This document shows positions 37,891 to 49,799 of a DNA stretch of 64,000 nucleotides, in pieces. Both the position numbers and the translations under genes were made by a program. The stretch covers positions 42,036,001-42,100,000 of the forward strand of contig CM069141.1 of the NCBI GenBank assembly GCA_035221665.1, in the 5' to 3' direction. The number at the start of each line of letters is the position of its first letter. Position 1 is the stretch's first letter. The notes beneath the pieces were generated by a model. That model ran no database searches. It was not told the DNA's origin and worked only from the letters and a program-made list of their open reading frames with translations. The DNA is from Okamejei kenojei (Eukaryota).

Positions 37891-38796
37891 AAATGTTCCC
37901 GATGTTGGGGCGTCCAGAACCAGGAGTCACAGTTTAAGATTAAGGGGTAGGTCATTTAGGACTGAGATGAGGAAAAACATTTTCACCCGGAGTTGTGAAT
38001 CTGTGGAATTCTCTGCTACAGAAGGCAGCGGACAGCAATTCACTGGATGTTTTCAAGAGTTAGATTTAGCTCCTGGGGCTAAGGAAATCATGGGATCTGG
38101 GGAAAAAGCAGAAACGGGGTACTGATTTTGGATGATCAGCCATGATCATATTGAATGGCGGTGCTGGCTCGAAGGGCCAAATGGCCTACTCCTGCACCTA
38201 TTTTCTATGGTGCTATGTTGGATATGCAAGAACGTACATTAAAGAAAAAGATGATGAGATCAAACTCTTTGGCTTTGGAATAAGGCTGAAGGCTAAGCTA
38301 AGCGAAGTTGTTAATATGAGATGTTTTGTTAGGATGACACAGATAGAACGCATAATTAGATGCCATCAATTTGGACAGCTAACAAACACAAAAAATCCAG
38401 CAGGAAATTCAGCAAAAAACTTGCTACTGTGGTGAGTGGTTGACATAAATAAAGATGTATTTATGGGGAAAACACGCAAACATTTGAGGTGAACGGGAAT
38501 AGAGATTTACACTAACAATAGATCGATAAAAAACTGGGAAAGCCTCAAGTGGAGTATAAATGCCAGCAAGGACTGGTTTCCACAGCTGGGGATTTTCTCT
38601 GCCGAAAAATACAGCATGTTCTTTCCCACAATATGTGAGGCAATATCTGAGGCACATTTACATAAAATACAGGACTCCGCTGTCTTTTGCATCGTGTACA
38701 TTGATCATGGAGCTTGATGTTAGAAGGTAGCAACGAGTAATCTAGAAACAGCATTTATGAGATTACACAATGTGTAATATTGAGCTTCCTGCTTAC

Positions 38797-39154
38797 CCTC
38801 CAAAACCTCCAAAACTAGGAGATTCAAATTCACTTTCACATCATTAAACGGTCCAGGGATCTCCACACGGCAGCAATACCATCCACCGTCTTCTTTCCGG
38901 AGGTGATTTAACGTGAGCGACACGTCTCCTTGCTCAATGTTACCACCAAGCTGATATTTCTCGGATCCTGCTGAAGTTACTGTTTCTCCGTTTGTTTTAG
39001 TCAGCACAGCTCCACAGCCAAAGACAGGACACTCTCCCCGACCCCAGCACATCGCAGTTTTGCCATACTTTCGGACAGAGTAGTGGCACGGCAGAGTGGA
39101 TCGCCTGTCCCGGGTATCCTCGCACTGGTGATCCGGTGGCAAAGGCTACTCGAC
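38797..39154 (-). CDS. TIM-family receptor, exon 2, IgV domain (one +1 frameshift near 39098 as assembled)
   Basis: Acceptor tttcag|GT and donor GAGG|GTAAGC. Translation VRGYPGQAI/TLPCHYS..MCWGRGECPVFGCG..GDVSLTL..DGGWYCCRVEIPGPFNDVK has the six-Cys TIM IgV signature. Orthology within the family cannot be resolved here. Confidence 0.93.
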
Positions 39155-39458
39155 CTGAAACAATCGGGGAAAGAAACTGACAACTGACTCTGACTGGAGT
39201 GAAGAGAGAGGGGGTGTCCACAGAAGTGAAAACCCATCCCAGACCGAGAAAGTGACCCCGTTACTGACTGGGCGGCTAATTTGGGATAATTATCAAATCA
39301 TTGTTTTGCATCGGGACCCGTCACCTGTCCTCACAACCAGACCCGGCATCACTCGGTAACTCGTCTGTATCCCGCGGACCCCTCTAATTTACTGCTGTCC
39401 AAGGAATTTTAAAAACATGATCAAATATAATAAACAAATTCTTAACTCAGAAACGTAC

Positions 39459-39507
39459 CTAAAAGAGAGATGACGGTCAAATAATCCACGCGGCTAATCA
39501 CAACCAT
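39459..39507 (-). CDS. TIM-family (HAVCR1/TIMD4-like) receptor, exon 1, leader MVVISRVDYLTVISLL
   Basis: ATG at 39507-39505 in strong Kozak context (gccacaATGG). 49 nt ending at a phase-1 donor TTAG|GTACGT, 304 nt upstream of the IgV exon acceptor. Confidence 0.8.
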
Positions 39508-39730
39508 TGTGGCCGACACTGACCGTCGCTCTCCGGGCCTTCACAGGAAACTAGCTATTGTGACCAATAGCCAAACCCCGGGGAAATGTGGCAACTGCTC
39601 GCAAAACTGAGCTCCTGCACTAAGACATAGTTTCCTTTCATTGAATTGTGTCGCGGTTTGCAGTTATGACAGACAAAATACTAAGCTGGTCACCGCTGAC
39701 ATTGCATCCTCCCTAGATCTGCAACTCGTG
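39508..39730 (-). promoter_or_regulatory. Putative 5'UTR and proximal promoter of the TIM gene
   Basis: Unique, CpG-retaining sequence before the ATG. ETS-like ACAGGAAAC at 39543-39551, CCAAT at 39564-39568, IRF/ISRE-like AGTTTCCTTTCA at 39629-39640. Confidence 0.45.
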
Positions 39731-39734
39731 GATA

Positions 39735-41530
39735 AATAGGTGCAGGAGTAGGCCATTCGGCCCCTCAAGCCAGCACCGCCATTCAATAGGATCCTGGCTG
39801 ATCATCTAAAATCAGTACCCGTTCCTGCCTTCTCCCCATATCTTTAACAGCTCCATTAGAGTTCGGTCCAGAGAATCGGCACCACTGTGTGAGGGATAAA
39901 GTGATTAAACCCCACTATTGTAAGGGGCTTTAAAGAGGATTCAAACCGATAGAGGCCAGGGAGAGGATTCTGACACAGCTGTGTATAAAAGTTACCAGAG
40001 CCATCCTTGAGTAAGAAGTGATAGCATTGTATAGCGGTAGAAGGGAGTGATGTAGGTAGATCCCTATCAGTAGAAGGGAGTGATAGATAGATGGGACCCT
40101 TGTCACTATAGCTTAGCTTTAGTGCTGATATAGGAGAACTGAGAGAGTTCAGTTGGAGGTGAGTAAAACTAGGGCAGGTCATAGACAACTGAGCATGCTT
40201 AATAAAATAAATGAATATTACAACACACCCCTGGTCAAGAAACTGCTCATTACCATGCACATGTCTGGACATGCGATGTATGATGTGGGAGGTACTGGGG
40301 GGACGTACCTACAGATTGTGCACCTCAGTGTCTGATTGGAGGGGGTCAAAGAAGGGAGGTTGGATGTAAAATTGTGTGTAGAAAGGGAGTTTACCCATCT
40401 GACTTCGGTGTGTCTCAACTTGGAGAGGCACCCGACTCTGCAGACTCGCAAATATAATAAAGAATCTCTTGCTTCCACGATTTAGTCTCTGAGTAGTGAT
40501 TGTGAGCACAGTGCATATCTCACAACTGCCTTCTGAGGCAGAGAATTCCACACATTCACAACTTTCTGGGTGAAAACGTGTTTCCTCATCTCCGTTCTAA
40601 ATAGCTAACCCCTTATTCTTAATGTGTGCCCCTTGGTTCTGGACTCCCCCAATATCAGGAGCATGTTTCCTGCCACTTGTATGTCCAATCTCTTAATAAT
40701 CTTATATGTTTCAATAAGATTCCCTTTCATCCTTCTAAATTCCAATGTATACAAGCCCAGCCGCTCCATTCTTTCAACATATGACAATCCAGCCATCCCG
40801 GGAATTAACCTCTGAACCTACACTACACTCCCTGCACAAAAATGTCTTTCAGCAAATTTGGATACCAAAACTGCACACAGTACTCCAGGTCTGTTCTCAC
40901 CAGGGCCCTGTACAACCGTAGAAGGACCTCTTTGCACCTATACTCAACTCCTCTTGTTATGAAGGCCAACATACCATTAGCTTTCTTCACTGCATGCTTA
41001 CTTTCAGTGACTGATGTACAAGCATACCCAGGTCTTGTTGCACCTCCCCTTTTCTTATTCTGACATTGTTCAGATAATAATCTGCCTTCCTGTTCTTGCC
41101 ACCAAAGTGGATAACCTCACATTTATCCACATTATACTCCATCTGCCCACTCACCCGACTTATCCAACTCACCCTGCAGCCTCATACCATCCTCACTGCA
41201 GCTCACACTGCCAACTAGCTTTGTGTCATCCACAAACTTGGAGATGTCACATTTAATTCCCCCGTCTAAATCGTTAATATATATTGTAAATAACTGGTCC
41301 CAGCACTGAGCCTTGCGGCACCCCACTAGTCACTACCTGGCATTCTGAAAAGGGCACGTTAATTCCTACTCTTAACTTCCTGTCTGCCAACCAGTTCTCT
41401 ATCCATGCCAATACCCTACCCCCAATACCATGAGCTTTAATTTTGCACACTAGTCTCATGTGGGACCTTGTCAAAAGTCCAGATACACTACATCCACTGG
41501 CTTTCCCTTACCAATTCCACTTGTTACATC
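39735..41530 (-). mobile_element. CR1 LINE 3' half, interrupted by a solo LTR
   Basis: [31 protein letters not shown] remnants; 3'UTR at 39735-39880. Confidence 0.9.
39888..40524 (+). mobile_element. Solo LTR (637 bp) of an ERV or Gypsy-type element
   Basis: Termini TGTGAG..CTCACA; 4-bp TSD ACTG at 39884-39887 and 40525-40528; TATA-like tataaaag near 39985; AATAAA at 40456-40461; internal repeat gtagaagggagtgat x2. Confidence 0.85.
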
Positions 41531-42624
41531 CATAGGGAGTGGTTGCGAAAATGAGATATAGAACTAGTGTGAAGAGGTGATTGCTGGCCGGAATGGACTT
41601 GTTGTGCTGAAGGGCCTGTTTCCATGCCATTTCTTCCAATCAATGACTTCAATTTGACTTCCCAAAATGCATTAGGTTCAAAGGTTCTTTATGAGTCACC
41701 TTGCAGGATTAAATTCTATAGCCTAACCCTTCAATGTTCCATCTGTTCTATATCCTGCTGTAACTTTAGACAACCTTCCGCCCTACATGGTCACTTAAAC
41801 TGGGTGTACATGGTGTATGGTCCACTGATTTATTCACGTGTCGTCATCTGGCATTTCCCTGCTGTCCTTCTTAAATAAAATAATAGTTATCATTCAGTCT
41901 TCCAACACTTCGCCTTTAGTGAAGATACAAAAATCTCCACTGGGGCCCTGTGGTGTACGGCAACTTGGGATGAATCTCATTCACACCTGGGAATTGATCA
42001 ACTCTTGTATGTCCCATTTCATCTTACTCCATTGACTTTGTTAATACTTACCTGCTCTGGATTGTCCATGTACCCCTCCATGAACTCACTTCCCTCCATA
42101 CCCAATACAGACAAGTATTTATATAGCACCTTGCCCATAATTAATATACTCATCTGCATCCTTAAATGGCTTCATTCCATCCGTACCCTGCATCATTCTC
42201 GTGTTTTCTAGCAAATGTCCTCCACTCCTCAAAATCCCCATTAATAACAATAACTCCACATTCAAAGCCCAAATCGTATTGTATAATATAAGAGTTCCAC
42301 AGAAGGATAAACTTGAGTCAAATGTCTTCTCTTGTGCATTAATTTTACTCCAATAAAACAGCTTAATTTCAGCCAAATATCTTCATGATGTGATACAATA
42401 AGACATGCTCAAATAGTAGCACCATATTTCTACTAGCAATGGAGGACTGTGATATTAGGCTGAAAGTAAGCTGTTTTAATTGACCTAATGCACCTATCTA
42501 TCTAGACATCAAACTATTCCCTGCATGTCATCCAAAGTTAGACCCTATGCCAGATACTTTGTCAATGACTGCTTGTCTGTTTCAGCTGCATATCTCCTCC
42601 ACCCAAAGAATTCAGTGAAAGATA

Positions 42625-43390
42625 TACGATATGATAGAACTTTATTTATCCCAGGAGGGAACTTGATCTGCCAACAGTCATAAAAATACAAAATACATAA
42701 AACATTAAATTAAAGTGAGTGGAAAGGATTCCGGACGTGCAATGATTTGGGGGTGGGGGGGGGGGGGGTGGGAGGAGTCAGTCTCGGTCTACCCTATGAC
42801 AGAAAGGGGAGATGTGGTACAGTTTGATAGCCACAGGGAAGAAGGATCTCCTGTGGCGTTCTGTGCTGCATCTTGATGGAACCAGTCTGTCGCTGAAGGT
42901 ACTGCTCAGATTGACCAGTGTGTCATGGAGAGGCTAAGCTGTATTGTCCAGGATGAACCACCGTTTGAGGAGCATCCTCCCCTCCAAGACCACCTCCCAT
43001 GAATCCAACTGCGCCCCCAGGACGGAGCCAGTCTTCCTGATGAGTTTGTTGATCCTATTGGCACCGCAGCCTTCGCCCTGTGCCCCAGCACATGGCAGAG
43101 AAGAAGATGGCACTGGCCACCACCGATTGGTAGAACATCTGCAGCATCTTACTGCAGATGTTTAAGGAGCAGAGCCTTCTCAAAATGTACAGGCGGCTCT
43201 GTCCCTTCTTGTACAGGGCCTCATGTTCCTGGACCAGTCCAGTTTACACTCCGGCTACACTCCAAGTTATTTGTACTCCCTGGTAAACTGTACATCCACA
43301 CTATTGATAGTGACAGAGGCAGGGGTGTTCCTCTCCTCCTAAAGTCCACCCCCAACTCCTTAGACTTGTCAGTGTTCAGCCCACACCCCT
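42625..43390 (-). mobile_element. Rex1/Babar-type LINE 3' fragment
   Basis: LNTDKSKELGVDFRR remnant; aataaagttc and short-repeat tail on the minus strand. Confidence 0.75.
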
Positions 43391-43989
43391 CAACAAAGTC
43401 AGGCTCAGTGAATATCCATCCCATAAGAAATTGCACCTTCTTGCTTCCGGCATTCATCTTAAGTCACACAAGCAGCAATCCTACAGAGATCATATTATTG
43501 CAAATGTTCATAATCCAACATTTCATCCTAAATCCTTTATTGAACGATAAACCAGCCAGAAATGTTCAAACCCAACAACTTAAGAATGTGAATGCTAATT
43601 ATGCGTAAATGGATTTTAATTCACCTTTCCCATCGACAGGAATTTCTCTTCTTCATTTTCAGCTGTGGAAACATTCACATCATTAAATACAAATGATAGA
43701 CTCACTATTAGTAATACAGGGAGCCTGAATCAACAATCCACAAGTTAAGATTCCACCAATGTGGCTGGGGTATTTAAATTCAATTAATTAAAAAAAGAAA
43801 CTGTCCGACTAACTTAAAAATCCATCCAATTTACCAGTGAATTTAGGGAATCTTTGCCCTCACTTAACATGGTGGGCATTTGAATCCTGAAGCCAAGGAA
43901 TATGGTTGACACTTAAACTATAAACTACCTGGTCACTAGATTTGGATACTGCAGTTACTCACAGCCCACTTCCCTTTGCAAAGTTCTCA

Positions 43990-44450
43990 TCAAGCATCAA
44001 GGTCCAAGATCAAAATTAGGAGATGCTTCTTCTCCACAAATTAGATTATGAGCTAAAGATTCTTAGAAATCAGTGGAGATGCTGTGTTTTGTTAAAGAAG
44101 CCGAGTACATCCTTACATGAACCAAGTGCATTGAAGGTAATGAAGGTATTGGAGCTTTGTCTCGCTAGTCATGGATTATCAATGCCTTTATCAAGAGTAA
44201 GCTCCCAAGATATAGAACAAGGTCTGTTTCTCTGGGACCTAATGTGAACCTTAATTGTGCGTTGGTTGTGTGCTGCAGGTGGGGCATATGGGTAGAGGAC
44301 CTTTATCCTGCAAAAGTTAGTTACAAGACCAATGCTTTCAAATGCTTTAGTGAACTTTTCAAAAATAGCTTTCAGCTTGACCTCTGTATGCATGCAAATG
44401 CAAGCAACAACTGAGTCCTGTTGCTTACCCTCAGGGGTCACGTCCATTTA
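43990..44450 (-). mobile_element. Decayed RTE-like LINE fragment
   Basis: HTEVKLKAIFEKFTKAFESIGLVTNFCRIKVL resembles the region after YADD in RTE RT. Confidence 0.5.
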
Positions 44451-44999
44451 TCTGCAATGTTGTCACCACCGGTTGGGATTCAAGCAGAAGCCTCCACGTG
44501 GCGCATCCCGGGCAATGCTGACGACAGGAACTGTACCATGGTGACTGACTGAAGTAGCCAATTCTGCAACCACCGACCCTCAACCGTCACTGACCAACCG
44601 GAAAGACATGATATATAAGATGGCTGGACACGAGGAAGAAGACCACAGGTTCAAATAAATCATGTAAATTATGAAGATTACCTTTTCTTTTACAAAAAGT
44701 CTGTTGATGGTAAGATGCAGCATTGCCTCAACAGTTCTCTCAATTTTTTTTTGTTGGAATTACACAGGCTTGCTTGATACCAGTCTTCGTGAAATTGGTT
44801 GAGTAGAATTGTCTTGCATGCTGTCATGAAACAAATTTCTGCAGGCAATCAAATTTGAGGAGGCTTTTCCTCGACTCTCCATATATCCATGACTGCAGCC
44901 AGCCAGAACTCCAATGCTATTTTTAAATTCACTGGAGCTTCCTGTCCTGAAATGCCGTGATTCTGTGGTCACTCATCAAACCGATCCGGGTTGTTCTTG

Positions 45000-45840
45000 G
45001 GAAAACAAGAATCTCTATATAGATGCAAATAATGACTAACTTCAGGTCAGCCTGCAAACTGTGTACATTCTGACTAATTCGCTTCAATGTGCTTCTTAGT
45101 CCCTTCTACTGCTGCAGGGATACACTTGACCCATGGCTACAGCTAGTTATACTCGACCCATGCATCCTTTTTCATGACCAGAGCTGTAATTTATTTTATT
45201 ATCCAGCATTACTTATTCCTACCTGCCTTGCCCTTCATTCAAACTGGGAGTTCATCTGTGACCTTTTGAAAAGCATCCCACTTTCAGGACATCCTTTGCC
45301 TCCATATAACCTATTCCATCAACCTAAGCAAGCTCCCGCCTAGTACCATTAAAGTTGGCTATTTCATAAGTTGCAGACCAGTCCTGTCCTTATCTGTAAT
45401 TATTTTAAAGCTGACAGAACTGTGTTTTTTAGCCCGTAAACCTCACACAATGCCACTTTAGATACTTTCCCAGCCTTTCAATAAAAGTAGGTCAAGCTCT
45501 GCTCTTTCCCTTGTAGGGACTCCAGTAATTACCCAAGAAAACATTCCAAAACACACTTACAAATTCCACCTAATCTAAGCCCTTTGCACTACGGCAGTTC
45601 CTGTCTATATTGGGAAAGTTAAAATCCCCTTATTATAAGCCTATCAGTCGGAGCCATCTGCAATCTCTCAGCTTATTTGTTCCTTCAATTCTAGTTGATT
45701 ATTTTGGGGCCTATTGTACAAATACCACGTGACAATCATCCCCTTTTTATTTCTCAGATCCACCCAAAGGGCCTAATTGGATGATCTTTCATAGAGCACA
45801 GAGCGGTATCTTCTGACAGCAGACTTCACTGTCTGCAACT
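45000..45840 (-). mobile_element. Old decayed CR1 endonuclease region
   Basis: Reverse complement ggggattttaactttcccaatatagac (GDFNFPNID); collinear with 29900-30720. Confidence 0.65.
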
Positions 45841-45894
45841 CCTCCAATGTTGATGTCGTTAACAAACATACTCACCAACCCATCGAGGCCCTCA

Positions 45895-47725
45895 CAAGCC
45901 TCCAACCTCATCATTCCCCAGCCCCGCATGGCCCAATTTTACCTTCTCCCCAAAATCCACAAACCTGACTGTCCTGGCAGACCCATTGTTTCTGCGTGTT
46001 GTTGTCCCACCAAACATTTCCATATACCTCAACTCCATCCTACCCCCTGGTCAAATCCCTCCCTACCTATGTCCAAGACCCTTACACGTTCTTCGTCTCC
46101 TCTATGGCTTCCGTTTTCCAGGCCCCCATTCCCTCATCTTCACCATGGATGTCCAGTCACTCTACACCTCCATCCCCCACCAGGAGGGTCTTAAAGCCCT
46201 CTGTTTCTTTCTCGATCGCAGAGCCAACTCATCCACGCTACTGATACTCTCCTCCGCCTAACGGAGCTGGTCCTTACCCTCAACAACTTTTACTTTGACT
46301 CCTCCCATTTCCTCCAAATCCCAGGCTTAGCTATGGGCACGTGCATGGGCCCAAGCTATGCCTGTCTCTTTGTTATGTACGTCGAACAATCCTTGTTCAA
46401 GGCATACTGTGGCCCTATCCCAGAACTCTACCTCCGCTACATTGACGACTGCATTGGTGCTACCTCCTGCACCCACGCAGAGCTCACTGACTTCATCCAT
46501 TTCACCACCAACTTCTATCTGGCACTCAAATTCACCTGGACCATTTCCGATATCTCCCTACAATTTCTTGACCTCACTACCTCCATCGCAGGTAACTAAC
46601 TACTGACCGATATCTACTACAAACCCACTGACTCCCATGGCTGTCTGGACTACACTTCTTCCCACCCTGCTTCCTGTAAGGACTCTATCCCCTACTCCCA
46701 ATTCCTCCATCTGCGCCGCATCTGCACCCAGGATGAGGTGTTCCAAACCAGGGCGTTGGAGGTGTCCTCATTCTTTAGGGAACGGGGGTTCCCCTCTTCG
46801 ACTATAGATGGGCTCTCACCAGGGTCTCTTCGATACCCCGTAGCTCTGCTCTCACTCCCCATCCCCCCCCCACTCGTAACAAGAACAGAGTCCCCCTTGT
46901 CCACACCTTCCACCCTACCAGCCGCCACATACAACAGATAATCCTCTGACATTTTTGCCACCTCCAACGGGAACGCACTACTGGCCACATCTTCCCATCT
47001 CTTCCCCTTTTGGCTTTCCGCAGAGACCGCTCCCTCCGCAACTCCCTGGTCAATTCGTCTCTTCCCACCCAAACCGCCCCCTCCCCTGGTACTTTCCCTT
47101 GCAACTGCAGGAAATGCTACACTTGTACAAAATAGCTCCCCCTTCGACTCTATCCAAGGACCCAGTCAGTCTTTCCAGGTGAGGCAGAGATTCACCTGCA
47201 CTTCCTCCAACTTCATCTATTACATCCGCTGCTCTAGGTGTCAACTGCTCTACATCAGTGAGACCAAGCATAGGCTTGGCTATCGCTTCGCCCAACACCT
47301 CCACACAGTTCACATTAACGAACCCGATCTCCCGGTGGCTCAGCACTTCAACTCCCCCCCCTCCCATTCCATATCCGACCTTTCTGTCCTGGGACTCCTC
47401 CATGGCCAGAGTGAATCCCACCGAAGCAGAAGCAACACCTCATATTTTGCTTGGGTAGTTTACACCCCAGCGGTATGAATATTGACTTCTACAATTTCAG
47501 GTAGTCCTTGCTTTCTCACTCCTTCCCCTCCCCTTCCCAGTTTTCCCACAGTCCACTGTCTCTTCCTTTCTTCTTCCCATCCCCCCACCCCCACGTCAGT
47601 CTGAAGAAAGGTCTCGACCTGAAACATCACCTATTCCTTCGCTCCATAGATGCTGCCTCACCCGCTGAGTTTCTCCAGCATTTTTGTCTACCATTGATTT
47701 TTCCAGCATCTGCAGTTCTTTCTTA
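45895..47725 (+). mobile_element. Penelope-like element, 5'-truncated
   Basis: FYLLPKIHKPDCPGRPIVS, MDVQSLYTSIP, MGPSYACLF, YLRYIDD, and GIY-YIG-like IYYIRCSRCQLLYISETKHRL; terminal repeat 47590-47725. Confidence 0.93.
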
Positions 47726-48111
47726 GACATTTACATCTAGGTCATTTATATATATATACCACAATTAGCAGAGGTCCCAGCACAGATCCCTGCAGAACTC
47801 CACTGGTCACAGCCCTCCAGCCAGAATATCTATCTTCCACCACAACTCTGTCTTCTATGAACAAGCTAGTTCTGAATTCGGAATGTATCAGTCCAAATGT
47901 CTTTTGTATATTGTTACTGTACCTACCTCAACTGCACTCTAGGCCCCACTTGTGGAGACGGTGGGACCTAATGTGGAGGAGGCTTGTAACGCAGCATGTT
48001 CCAGTTCTTGGTTGGATTTACGCTTGGAAACTTTGTGGGAATGTATCTGGTCCAGAATTATCAGATTCCAAACATCTACAAGAAGCTTGAAGAATTCAAA
48101 AGAGAGAGTTG

Positions 48112-48744
48112 AGGGCCTGTCCCACTTACGTGTCCTTGGCACGCAAAGTAGGCGACCTCGTGGTCACGTTGAGGCGCATGGGCATCGTGTGGCCGCGTGG
48201 GGCCACACGGTCCCACTAAGAGGCACGGAGGGGTATGTAGTTGTGTGCAACATCGCTCAAGGCTCCGAAATTTTTGTAGCGAATGAAATCTTCGCGCGCC
48301 AATGGCCTGTCACGTAACTGACCCTGGCGCGACGCAACATCTCACATCCAACAGCAGCAGAAGCAGGCAAACGATCGCCAAACTCGGCCTGGGGCTCACG
48401 GCCGTTGCGGTCTGGATCCGCCCCCACTTCTACTCCCAGAGCGGGGCCAAGAAGAGTGAAGATGGACACAAAATGCAGGAGTAACTCAGCGGGACTGGCA
48501 ACATCTCTGGAGAGAAGCAATGGGTGACATTTCGGGTCAGGACCCTTCTTTTCAGACAGGAGCAGAAACATCAACCCATGCCTTCTCTCCAGAAATGCTG
48601 CCTGTCCCGTTGAGTTATTCCAGCTTTGTGTCCATCTTTGTGTCCATCTCCAGATGGCTGTGCGTACGCATGACCGTCGCGGCTCAAAGCGACCACGAGG
48701 TCGCGCTATTTGCATGCCAAGGACAAGTAAGTGGGACAGGCCCT
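48112..48744. mobile_element. Non-autonomous PIF/Harbinger element in a CR1 3' end
   Basis: TIRs AGGGCCTGTCCCACTTAC / GTAAGTGGGACAGGCCCT; flanks TTG and TTA. Confidence 0.85.
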
Positions 48745-49799
48745 TTAGATTTAGCTCTTAGGGCTAAGAGAATAAGGGATATGGGGAAAGGCCAGAACGG
48801 GGTACTGATTTTGGATGATCAGCCATGGTCACATTGAATGGCGGTGCTGGATCAAAAGGCAGAATGGCTGCAACTATGTTTCTATGTTTCATCTGGCAGC
48901 TTGTTCCACCCTCTGAGAAAACTGTTGGAAAGACGAGAAGAGAAATAGCAAGTGTGAGGTGTTGAACTTTGGGAGTTTGATGTAAAAAGAAAATAAACAG
49001 TAAATTGCAAGACCCTGGGGAACAATTTTGGGGTGCACTTCTGAATCCATACAACCAAGTCATCTTACATTCCATACATCTTAATCTTCTAGATGAGGGA
49101 CCTTACAAAAGCCTTACAAAACCCATGTGTACAAGATCCACTATCCTACCTTCATTAATTCCATTAACATCTCCTCAAAAAACCCAACAGTAAGGCATGA
49201 CCCGTCACGTACTGGTGGTTATCCCTGGTTAGCCGTGCTGGTTATCCCTGATTAGACCATGATCTTCCAAATTGGAGTAAATCCTATCTCGAGAATTCTA
49301 TCCAATATTTTCCCTCCCATCTAACAAATTGTGCGCCATCTAACACTCTTACCTTGTCCCAGTCAATAGTGGGGAAATTAGTCAACCACTACAACAACCC
49401 TGTGGTTCTTGCATCCTTCTGTAATCTATCTACATACCTGAAACTCTATCTCCTGGTGGCAATTGGATGGCATATAATATAATCCCATTAGAGTAATTGT
49501 TCCCTTCTTATTTTTGAAAGCATCAGTAGACGTACCCTCCAATATGTCCTCTCTAAGTATCGTCGTGACTTTCTCCATGCTCAGTAAAGCAGCTCCTCCA
49601 CCTCTTTTACTCATTCTCTCTCATGTGAGAAACATTAAAACCCAGGTGCAGTGAGCTGCCATTTGTGCTCTCTTGCAACCAAGATCATACACCATAGATG
49701 GCCACAAGATCATAGAAAATAGGTGCAGGAGTAGGCCATTCGGCCCTTCGAGCCAGCACCAACATTAAATATGATTATGGCTGATCATCCAAAATCAGT

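Larger units (their letters stand above)
31260..38215 (+). mobile_element. CR1 LINE ORF2 and 3'UTR, broken by four nested insertions
   Basis: Endonuclease remnant 31270-31669; resumes at 35251; RT ORFs 35615-36265, 36673-37020, 37083-37421; 3' tail near 38200. Confidence 0.9.

Noticed and set aside
38720-39142. ORF-track protein starting MPPDHQCEDTRDRRS and ending GKQEAQYYTLC
   Set aside because: The N-terminus is the wrong frame upstream of the frameshift and the C-terminus is intron read-through. Only the middle is the IgV domain.
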